The notes beneath the pieces were generated by a model. The model was not told the DNA's origin. It saw nothing but the letters and a program-made list of their open reading frames with translations, and ran no database searches. From an uncultured virus (IMG/VR IMGVR_UViG_3300034013_000894) (lineage: Duplodnaviria; Heunggongvirae; Uroviricota; Caudoviricetes): a stretch of 20,000 nt of DNA. Numbering within the stretch: the stretch's first letter is position 1; each line of letters opens with the position of its first letter. The DNA is taken from the IMG/VR virus record IMGVR_UViG_3300034013_000894; one strand, written 5' to 3'. Shown in pieces: positions 8,581-14,652 of this stretch. The position numbers and the translations under genes were made by a program.

Positions 8581-8609
8581 ATTATGGCTTAGGCCAATTC
8601 CATTGTAAA
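8581..8609 (-). promoter_or_regulatory. Sigma70-type early promoter upstream of the AAA+ ATPase
   Basis: Minus strand gTTTACA-N17-CATAAT, A-rich tract upstream. Confidence 0.75.
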
Positions 8610-8630
8610 CGCCAAACTGGCGGATTATTT

Positions 8631-8804
8631 TCAGCGATCGATAAGGACTTGTTCAGTCCGTGTCACACTGACCAGCACCAGACCACGCTCCTTGGCAAAG
8701 TCTTCAGCTCGTTCCCGCATTGTGTGGCCGAACGCCATGACAGTGCGCCCACTGCGTGCCCGCGCTTCATAGGACACGTCCCGCTTCTTTGCAGTGGCTG
8801 CCAT
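8631..8804 (-). CDS. Small protein, 57 aa (not in ORF track)
   Basis: MAATAKKRDVSYEARARSGRTVMAFGHTMRERAEDFAKERGLVLVSVTRTEQVLIDR; TGATG-coupled. Confidence 0.65.
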   Translation of the reverse strand: MAATAKKRDVSYEARARSGRTVMAFGHTMRERAEDFAKERGLVLVSVTRTEQVLIDR

Positions 8805-9052
8805 CAGCTGCGCCCCCGAACTTTGCTGACATCATAGCCGGCCTGCTTCAGTGCTTCGATGCGGTCTTTTGCCGGAACCCAGTCGATACCGACATGGCCC
8901 TCACGACGCTCCGCAATGTTGCGGCGCTGAGCTTCTGCTTCGGCTTCAACCTCAGTCAAGCCTTTGGCATCTTCATCAAAGAGGCTGCCGTTGTTGCGGA
9001 TCGGATCGATCTTGGCGATCACGGTCCACACAGGGTTAGGATCAGTGGGCAT
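8804..9052 (-). CDS. Hypothetical protein, 82 aa
   Basis: TAAGGAG RBS before ATG 9052 (MPTDPNPVW...). Confidence 0.75.
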   Translation of the reverse strand: MPTDPNPVWTVIAKIDPIRNNGSLFDEDAKGLTEVEAEAEAQRRNIAERREGHVGIDWVPAKDRIEALKQAGYDVSKVRGRS

Positions 9053-9072
9053 CGTATTGCTCCTTAATTGCA

Positions 9073-9127
9073 TGGCACTTCATCCTTGGGGTGGACCCGT
9101 AAAGGCCCACCCTCTGGGGAAGCGTCA
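9073..9127 (-). repeat. 55-bp intergenic hairpin repeat, copy 1
   Basis: Identical to 9496-9550 except one base (9087 T vs 9510 C); core stem GGGTGGGCCT-TTAC-GGGTCCACCC on the minus strand. Confidence 0.95.
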
Positions 9128-9475
9128 GGCTTCTTCCTGCTGTTTGGCCGCTTCGTATGCAATCGCTTCAGCGATCAGATCATCCAGGCCTGCAAGAACA
9201 GCCTTGTGCTGAGCTTCGACGTTCTTCTCGGTGCAGCGATCCGCACTTCGTGCAGCCAGCTTGTGGAAGTCACGGAAGATGGCCGACCGAACAAACCCGC
9301 CACCGACTGTGCAGGCTCCGACATAGGTGGTCAGCCCGCCATTGCTGGACTTCGATGTGGTGATCCGCAGCTGACGCTTGGTGCCTTCTTCCTGGTCACC
9401 CCCATTATCCGCGAGGTCGACGAAGGTCTCAGCCTTCCAGCCGTTCAGGCCTTTACGCATGCTTGTCTCAGTCAT
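9125..9475 (-). CDS. Phage hypothetical protein, 116 aa
   Basis: AAGGAG RBS; sits exactly between the two 55-bp repeats. Confidence 0.8.
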   Translation of the reverse strand: MTETSMRKGLNGWKAETFVDLADNGGDQEEGTKRQLRITTSKSSNGGLTTYVGACTVGGGFVRSAIFRDFHKLAARSADRCTEKNVEAQHKAVLAGLDDLIAEAIAYEAAKQQEEA

Positions 9476-9495
9476 TATCAGTCTCCTTGTTTGGT

Positions 9496-9550
9496 TGGCA
9501 CTTCATCCTCGGGGTGGACCCGTAAAGGCCCACCCTCTGGGGAAGCGTCA
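9496..9550 (-). repeat. 55-bp intergenic hairpin repeat, copy 2
   Basis: Matches 9073-9127 at 54/55 positions; lies between a stop codon and the next RBS. Confidence 0.95.
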
Positions 9551-9553
9551 AGC

Positions 9554-10174
9554 TTAGGCGGCAGCCGCAGCTTCAGGCGCTGGCTTTTCAGCCTTGGCCG
9601 GGCGACGCATCGGGACGTTCTTGCCCTTGCGGCGCATCCCAGCCGCCACACTGGCGATCGACCGTGCCGAAGTGTTGGCCTTCGGAAACTCCTTGATGAC
9701 CGCGTTGATGATGTCCAAGTAGGACAGCGCGGGGTCCATCAGGAGGCTCTCGACCAGGCGGGTCAGACCGCCGCGGGCCTCGCCACTGCCCGTGTCCTTG
9801 GCCTTTTTGACCTTGGCAGCCGCACGTTCCTGAGCTTCGCCGTCCGTCGAAGGTGCTTCGGCCTGTTCGGTCGGCTCGTCGGAGGCATCACCGGTCGGTT
9901 CCGTTGTGCCGTCGGCTTCCTCGGAGGCTTCCGGCTCGGGGTTATCGGCCGGAGCCTTTTCGAGAGCCTCGTCGGCCTCATCCATATCGGCCAGCGCGGG
10001 CAGCGTTTCCTTCAGCTCGGTGACCTGCTCGACTTCGAGGCCGAGCTTGCTCCAGCCAATCTTCAGCGCCTTACGGGCTTCATCAGCCTGCTCGAATGCT
10101 TGAAGGCGTTCACGACCGCCACGATCTTCGTCGGTGGCAATTTTAACCAGTTCCTTGACTTGTTCGATATTCAT
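9554..10174 (-). CDS. 206-aa protein: N-terminal helical region, acidic low-complexity linker, C-terminal basic HTH-like domain
   Basis: GGAAGGA RBS before ATG 10174; E/A/P/T-rich linker; C-terminal LSYLDIINAVIKEFPKANTSARSIASV domain shared with two other ORFs. Confidence 0.8.
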   Translation of the reverse strand: MNIEQVKELVKIATDEDRGGRERLQAFEQADEARKALKIGWSKLGLEVEQVTELKETLPALADMDEADEALEKAPADNPEPEASEEADGTTEPTGDASDEPTEQAEAPSTDGEAQERAAAKVKKAKDTGSGEARGGLTRLVESLLMDPALSYLDIINAVIKEFPKANTSARSIASVAAGMRRKGKNVPMRRPAKAEKPAPEAAAAA

Positions 10175-10228
10175 AGTTTGGGTTCCTTCCATTGTCCTGA
10201 CTTGCACCATTGCTCGTCTTGATACCCT

Positions 10229-10257
10229 ATTTTAAGCTTGAGGTGAAGCTTTGTAAA
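10229..10257 (-). promoter_or_regulatory. Sigma70-type early promoter
   Basis: Minus strand TTTACA(AAGC)-N17-TAAAAT. Confidence 0.75.
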
Positions 10258-10303
10258 TACTAAACGGGGAGAAAATCTTTACGCCCGCCAGTTTTTGTGA
10301 GGC

Positions 10304-10753
10304 TCAGCTTTCTTCCTCATCGTCATTGCTGGGATTGGTGTTGATGACCACGTGGCCAAAGGTCAGTCGACCTCCTGCATAGTCCCAAGGTATTCCTGCG
10401 CGTATACCGCAATCCGAGCTGCATTCAAACTCCTGCTCAAACTCAACTTTGGCCCCGAGGTGCTTAATACCACCGCCGGCTGTGAGCTTGTCCTGGTCAA
10501 CCGCTTCCCAAGGGATAGCTGAGATGCATCCTGCGTCGACCGAAAAGTCCACGCCGATCGAGCTGGGATAAATGCCGTCACCCCACAACGTGCTCAGCAC
10601 GCAAATGCGATGATTATTGGGCAGAACAAATGCGCCTTGCAGGCAACTGTCGCCAGCGATGCACTGCTTAAGAAAGACGTCGTAATCTTCCTGCTTTAGG
10701 GCGTAGCACGGGTCGCCCACATAATACGTGCCGGGCTTCATGGTCGTGGTCAT
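10304..10753 (-). CDS. Phage hypothetical protein (YYVGDPCY / WGDGIY / VDAG motif family)
   Basis: AAGGAG RBS; motif set commonly seen in phage proteins; acidic tail. Confidence 0.75.
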   Translation of the reverse strand: MTTTMKPGTYYVGDPCYALKQEDYDVFLKQCIAGDSCLQGAFVLPNNHRICVLSTLWGDGIYPSSIGVDFSVDAGCISAIPWEAVDQDKLTAGGGIKHLGAKVEFEQEFECSSDCGIRAGIPWDYAGGRLTFGHVVINTNPSNDDEEES

Positions 10754-10761
10754 CAATTTAC

Positions 10762-10789
10762 TCCTTTTCTCTCAACGGACTGGATGGCC
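10762..10789. repeat. 28-bp direct repeat, copy 1 (partner 11052-11079)
   Basis: tccttttctctcaacggactggatggcc vs tcctttcctctcaacggactggatggcc, 1 mismatch; includes the AAGGA RBS on the minus strand. Confidence 0.9.
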
Positions 10790-10794
10790 AGTCT

Positions 10795-11040
10795 TCATTT
10801 ATGCTCTGGAATCTCCACAATAACTAGCGCTCCCTTGCGTCTTGCATTGTGCCCGATAGCCAACATCAAAGCCGATGAATAAAAAGCGGATGATGCTATA
10901 AACTCATCGCAGAACCGCGCCACATAGCGAGGCTTTTCATGGCCGCAATATTCTGGGCTAATGCGATAGCGAAGATCGATTGCGCCGTTATCGTGGCTAA
11001 TTGGGTTAGGATTATGTTCCATTGTATTGGGATCACTCAT
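10795..11040 (-). CDS. Hypothetical protein, 81 aa
   Basis: TGATG-coupled; bracketed by the 28-bp direct repeats. Confidence 0.65.
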   Translation of the reverse strand: MSDPNTMEHNPNPISHDNGAIDLRYRISPEYCGHEKPRYVARFCDEFIASSAFYSSALMLAIGHNARRKGALVIVEIPEHK

Positions 11041-11270
11041 CAGTTGCTCATTCCTTTCCTCTCAACGGACTGGATGGCCCAGGTCCGCACCATATCCAAG
11101 ACCGCATCAGCAGCCGTCTCGAAGGGGCCGACGGTGTCGCCGAGCAGGACTTCGCCAGACTCTTCATCCACCATGCGCTGCCGATCGACCTCGCCCCAGT
11201 AGTAGCCAGGCTCGCAGCCAAACCACTCGTCAGAGGAGTGCCACTTGACGCACCAGTCTTTGACCTCCAT
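11040..11270 (-). CDS. Hypothetical acidic, Trp-rich protein, 76 aa
   Basis: TGATG-coupled at both ends. Confidence 0.7.
   Translation of the reverse strand: MEVKDWCVKWHSSDEWFGCEPGYYWGEVDRQRMVDEESGEVLLGDTVGPFETAADAVLDMVRTWAIQSVERKGMSN
11052..11079. repeat. 28-bp direct repeat, copy 2
   Basis: Matches 10762-10789; here it encodes the C-terminal AIQSVERKG of 11040-11270. Confidence 0.9.
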
Positions 11271-11392
11271 CAGCCGAGCTCCGCTGAGGCTTGAACGCGC
11301 CAGTATTTAGCCTGTGCGGCTGTCATAGTGCGCTGGTATTCAGCTCGTGCTTCTTCTTCTTCTTTGGTAATAGGTGCGGCAATATTTTCCAT
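11270..11392 (-). CDS. Small protein, 40 aa (not in ORF track)
   Basis: MENIAAPITKEEEEARAEYQRTMTAAQAKYWRVQASAELG; GGAG RBS; TGATG overlap. Confidence 0.6.
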   Translation of the reverse strand: MENIAAPITKEEEEARAEYQRTMTAAQAKYWRVQASAELG

Positions 11393-11437
11393 TTTCAGTC
11401 TCCATGTTGGCGCGGATGCGTTGGAATGTGGCTGGGT

Positions 11438-11617
11438 TCATATTGAAAAAGCGTGAGGATTGCTGCTTTTAGTATCCAGCCCGCGCACTTCGTAATGACT
11501 ATCTTCCTCCCATTTTTCTTCGATCATGCCTATGGCATATGTTTCTGCATCTAAATCAGTCCTCAAGACTGGAGCGATTTGAGCGATGATAGCTGCGACT
11601 TGTTCTTCGTGGGTCAT
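11438..11617 (-). CDS. Small acidic protein, 59 aa (not in ORF track)
   Basis: MTHEEQVAAIIAQIAPVLRTDLDAETYAIGMIEEKWEEDSHYEVRGLDTKSSNPHAFSI; AAGGA RBS. Confidence 0.6.
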   Translation of the reverse strand: MTHEEQVAAIIAQIAPVLRTDLDAETYAIGMIEEKWEEDSHYEVRGLDTKSSNPHAFSI

Positions 11618-11746
11618 TTCAAAAATCCTTTTTGTGTTTCTGTTTTTGCAATATTAGCAGCATTGGCGGGGAATGTCCCCTTGCTGTAAAACCCTGATAG
11701 GGCCGTTGGTCATGTAGCTCATTACGTGGATCATGGGTTAATCTCC

Positions 11747-12082
11747 TTACTTGCTTTCTTGTTGGATGCGGATTGAGTAGCGGGTGCCCTCGATGGTGAC
11801 GTAGCGAGTGGATGACTGCCGTCCGTCAATCTGAGTGTTCCATGACTCCGCAGTCAGCATTGCATCTTGCGTGCCGTTGAGGTGGTCGAATGCGGGGCAA
11901 CCTTCAAGACCAACCTCGAGACTGGCGAACAGACTGCTGATGACCTCGTCTTGGGTCATTGTCTTGTGGAGGAATGGGGCGGGTGTGTCCGTGATCGCGT
12001 CCTGGCAATCAGTGCAGATTGCGGTATCGATCATGCGGGTCATATAATCGCAGTGTTTGCATGCAGTGCGAGGGGTGGTCAT
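11747..12082 (-). CDS. Hypothetical protein with N-terminal CxxC...CxxC (possible zinc ribbon), 111 aa
   Basis: AAGGAG RBS before ATG 12082; CKHC and CTDC; first gene after promoter 12112-12140. Confidence 0.7.
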   Translation of the reverse strand: MTTPRTACKHCDYMTRMIDTAICTDCQDAITDTPAPFLHKTMTQDEVISSLFASLEVGLEGCPAFDHLNGTQDAMLTAESWNTQIDGRQSSTRYVTIEGTRYSIRIQQESK

Positions 12083-12111
12083 TGGTAGTCTCCTTCGTTG
12101 CTTGTGTAAAC

Positions 12112-12140
12112 AGTATGTCTTGGGTTGTTTGCTTTGTAAA
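12112..12140 (-). promoter_or_regulatory. Sigma70-type early promoter
   Basis: Minus strand gTTTACA(AAGC)-N17-CATACT. Confidence 0.7.
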
Positions 12141-12210
12141 CCCTTTGCGAGGTAATTATTCTTTGCAGTGCAGCGATTGCTACCCAGAAGTGCAGCAAAC
12201 CGGGCTTTGA

Positions 12211-12488
12211 GCAGCATCCGTCCGACCTGTCCGGAGCCTGTCCGACCTTGTAAACGGTAGGTCGGACGGAGAAAAGTGTTTCGGATCAGTAGCTTATGGG
12301 TCGGTTTTCGTCTCCGTCCGACCTGTCCGACCTATTTTTAGCTCAGCGTATGTGCGTGGCGCACGAGCGTGCGTATACGTAAGGAAATAGGTCGGACAGG
12401 TCGGACGGTCGGACGAATATAATAAAAACAACTACTTATGAGCTTCGGTAGGTCGGACGTGCAGCGGACGCTGTCGGACGGATGCTGC
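12211..12488. repeat. 278-bp nested inverted-repeat array of GTCCGAC/GTCGGAC; candidate replication origin
   Basis: 16-bp perfect outer IR (12211-12226/12473-12488), 24-bp perfect inner IR (12314-12337/12385-12408), 12-bp IR (12217-12228/12259-12270), ten GTCCGAC copies, two IHF-consensus-like sites. Confidence 0.9.
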
Positions 12489-12586
12489 GCAACTTGATAG
12501 CGATTGCTGAGTTGTGTGCCAGTCCGAGCGGATTGCTTGTCTGGTTCCTAGGACTGCGGGCAGGGGATCGACCAGCAGTAAGGAAG

Positions 12587-12802
12587 CTAGCTTGGGGTCC
12601 AATACCCTTGTTTGTCCCCAAAAGTGTCACCCGCTTCCAAGGCGTGGGCGCGCGAGTTCCAGGCTCCCGATCGCAGGTTAGCGATTGCTGCATCAGGTCC
12701 CCATGCGAGCTCTGCGAGCCTCCGGGCTTGGCGCTTGACCGAGGCGCGGGCTACTTGGTCACGGAAGTCCTGGTCAGGGCTCCGGCGATAGGTGCGGCTC
12801 AT
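12587..12802 (-). CDS. Small basic hypothetical protein, 71 aa
   Basis: GGAGG RBS; MSRTYRR start. Confidence 0.6.
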   Translation of the reverse strand: MSRTYRRSPDQDFRDQVARASVKRQARRLAELAWGPDAAIANLRSGAWNSRAHALEAGDTFGDKQGYWTPS

Positions 12803-12805
12803 GGC

Positions 12806-13162
12806 TCAGGCCTCCTTTTCGTCTGCGAGGATCGCTTGGTGGACGTCCTTGGCCCAGGCGTCGTTCCGAGGTGCGGGCTGCTCACCGAAGTCAAGCCACT
12901 GTGCGGGCTGCTCACCGAAGTCAAGCCACTCCCAAAGACCCATCAGGGGGCCCCAAGTGAACGTTCCCCATGACCAATCAGCTGCTCGCCGGAACGGTTT
13001 CATCCCATTTGGGATTTTCGCAGCATCGAAGGTCTTAGTGACCAAATCCCGCGTCTCGTCTTCCGGGTCATCCGGCGACCAGGTAGGAACCTGCATCACA
13101 CCTATGAGCGCACCAGTGAAAATGTTGCGCAGCGCTATATGGCAGTGGGTAATGGGTAACAT
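12806..13162 (-). CDS. Hypothetical protein, 118 aa, with an internal 10-aa duplication
   Basis: TAAGGAG RBS before ATG 13162; WLDFGEQPA occurs twice. Confidence 0.6.
   Translation of the reverse strand: MLPITHCHIALRNIFTGALIGVMQVPTWSPDDPEDETRDLVTKTFDAAKIPNGMKPFRRAADWSWGTFTWGPLMGLWEWLDFGEQPAQWLDFGEQPAPRNDAWAKDVHQAILADEKEA
12871..12930. repeat. Perfect 30-bp tandem duplication (in frame)
   Basis: gtgcgggctgctcaccgaagtcaagccact x2. Confidence 0.97.
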
Positions 13163-13202
13163 ATCAGTTCTCCTTATGCAAAGCATATCAGTTTTCCTAT
13201 GT

Positions 13203-13222
13203 GGGGTGGGCGAACCCACCCC
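13203..13222 (-). other. Intergenic GC hairpin with UUCG loop
   Basis: Minus strand GGGGTGGG-TTCG-CCCACCCC with no U-tract. Confidence 0.7.
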
Positions 13223-13229
13223 TATACTC

Positions 13230-13439
13230 CTATACATAATTTAGAACTTCAACGACGTCTTGGCGTTCCAAGAGTATGACGTCTTCGCTATCTGCAATTC
13301 CTGCTCGAATGACTGCGTATATTGCTGCAAGCATTTGACCGTCATCGTTGAATTGATGGGAGTTGATTGCTGCGATGACGTCGAAGTCACCGTCCTTTCG
13401 CAGTTTGCCGATTGTGGCGTATTGGGCCGGAATGTTCAT
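13230..13439 (-). CDS. Hypothetical protein, 69 aa
   Basis: GAAAGGA RBS; clean ORF. Confidence 0.7.
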   Translation of the reverse strand: MNIPAQYATIGKLRKDGDFDVIAAINSHQFNDDGQMLAAIYAVIRAGIADSEDVILLERQDVVEVLNYV

Positions 13440-13492
13440 TTTGAGTGTTTCCTTTCGTTAGGTGGGTGGGACCAAGAACCCCTATATGGGCA

Positions 13493-13789
13493 TCAGCCAA
13501 CCATGTTGAGCTTCAAACGCAGTGGCACATTGACACCTTTCTTGCGCATGACGCAAGCTACACTGGCCACAGACTTGGTTGACGTGTTGGCGGATGGGAA
13601 CTCTTCGCGCACTTTGGCAACAATGTCAGCATAGGACATGGTAGTATCGCGCACCAGGTGTTCGACCATTCGGCTCAGCCTACCATCTGTCTTGGGCAGG
13701 TCAGAGGTGAGGCGGATGAGGCCTGCAGACAGGGCATCAGCGACAGTCATGCTCATGACGTCGACGTCAGCAATGTTATTCTCAGTCAT
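13493..13789 (-). CDS. 98-aa protein consisting mainly of the shared HTH-like domain
   Basis: MSYADIVAKVREEFPSANTSTKSVASVACVMRKKGVNVPLR, a clear paralogue of the 9554-10174 C-terminus; AAAGGA RBS. Confidence 0.8.
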   Translation of the reverse strand: MTENNIADVDVMSMTVADALSAGLIRLTSDLPKTDGRLSRMVEHLVRDTTMSYADIVAKVREEFPSANTSTKSVASVACVMRKKGVNVPLRLKLNMVG

Positions 13790-13836
13790 AATAATATCCT
13801 TTTATTTGCTAGAATTAGTAAGTGTTTACAAAACAG

Positions 13837-13986
13837 TCAGCTGCGCACAAACTCGATTTTTACGTCGACGTCCTCCGGCTCCTCTTCGCGGAGCATGCAA
13901 GCCATGTCTATTGCGGCTTGAGCACAGTCACCCTCATAGGGCACAGTGGACCAATCGCCGCTACGGACTACTACTTTATATATCAT
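13837..13986 (-). CDS. Small acidic protein, 49 aa, first ORF of the leftward block (not in ORF track)
   Basis: MIYKVVVRSGDWSTVPYEGDCAQAAIDMACMLREEEPEDVDVKIEFVRS; GAAAGG RBS. Confidence 0.6.
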   Translation of the reverse strand: MIYKVVVRSGDWSTVPYEGDCAQAAIDMACMLREEEPEDVDVKIEFVRS

Positions 13987-14018
13987 TTGCTTGCCTTTCT
14001 GCAGCATTAGTTAGTTGC

Positions 14019-14096
14019 TTGAAACGAAGTTAGTCAGATTAGAGCAGTTTCAAGACATGTCTTGCAGTCGCTCAAGTGTTCGTTTGTTCGTTTCAA
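14019..14096 (-). other. 78-nt symmetric imperfect palindrome (candidate structured leader RNA/sRNA or operator)
   Basis: TTGAAACGAA/TTCGTTTCAA, GAGC/GCTC and central CAAGACATGTCTTG share one symmetry axis (14057.5). Confidence 0.6.
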
Positions 14097-14103
14097 TACA
14101 TAC

Positions 14104-14132
14104 TTTATAGCTCAAAACGCAGGCTTTGTAAA
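14104..14132 (-). promoter_or_regulatory. First leftward sigma70-type promoter
   Basis: Minus strand gTTTACA(AAGC)-N17-TATAAA with upstream A-tract. Confidence 0.7.
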
Positions 14133-14348
14133 CTTCTTTTTTCAAGCTATTTTCGAAGCTTTGTTTCAATAGCTATACAACTTTTGTTGTATTGTTTCAG
14201 CGTAGCATAACAATACTTCGCTCGCTCGAAGTATTATTGCTTTGAGTTCGTAGCCGCTCGAAGTTTTATTTCAAGCAATCGAAGCTATGCTTCCTCCCGC
14301 CGGCGCTTTGCTTCTTGCGCCCTCCCAAAAACGAATACGGGCAGTTTT

Positions 14349-14450
14349 CAAAGTGAAGAGTCCCCAAGCAAAAATAAAAAAGTCCGTGCAAAGTGAAGAG
14401 TCCCCAAGCAAAAATAAGAAAAGTCCGTGCAAGTCAAAGAGCTCCCAAAC
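14349..14450. repeat. 40/41-bp tandem repeat, 2 copies plus a degenerate partial third
   Basis: caaagtgaagagtccccaagcaaaaataa(g)aaaagtccgtg at 14349-14388 and 14389-14429, then caagtcaaagagctcccaaac. Confidence 0.92.
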
Positions 14451-14520
14451 AAACAATGGAACCTCCCTCCCAAACAAAATGGTAAAATGCTCTCATAACC
14501 CAATCAGGAGCAATCAATCA

Positions 14521-14652
14521 ATGTGGGACGATGAGACAGCCGCGCGCAAAACCGAGAATGCCTATTCAGGCTGCAAGCTTGTAGCAATCTGGGCCGGGTT
14601 ACTGGTCATTTGCGCGCTCGTGTGGGCGGCAGTTGTAGCAGTGTTTGCTTGA
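14521..14652 (+). CDS. Small membrane protein, 43 aa
   Basis: AGGAG RBS; MWDDETAARK...LVAIWAGLLVICALVWAAVVAVFA, one predicted TM helix. Confidence 0.65.
   Translation: MWDDETAARKTENAYSGCKLVAIWAGLLVICALVWAAVVAVFA

Noticed and set aside
9073..9550. 55-bp repeats as a CRISPR array
   Set aside because: Only two copies, and the 368-bp interval is a gene; no cas genes
9068..10222. 384-aa + strand ORF with an apparent internal repeat
   Set aside because: Antisense to two well-supported minus-strand genes; its repeat is just the 55-bp intergenic element translated
11660..11690. Additional TTTACA words (11685-11690 minus, also 12250-12255 minus and 13825-13830 plus) as promoters
   Set aside because: No convincing -10 at 17-nt spacing for the minus-strand cases; the plus-strand case (CAAACT) is weak and antisense to the genes
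12220..12479. Heptamer contains TCCGAC, an MmeI-type (TCCRAC) site, suggesting a restriction decoy
   Set aside because: Nothing in the window supports it; the nested symmetry and IHF-like sites fit an origin better
12211..12488. Palindromic array as a MITE/IS or CRISPR array
   Set aside because: Terminal inverted repeats are present, but there is no target-site duplication, transposase or second copy in the window, and no regular repeat-spacer period
14349..14450. 40-bp repeat as a mini-CRISPR, or the 14287-14652 ORF as a full 121-aa gene
   Set aside because: Copies are directly adjacent with no spacers; the RBS supports a start at 14521, so the upstream part is likely non-coding
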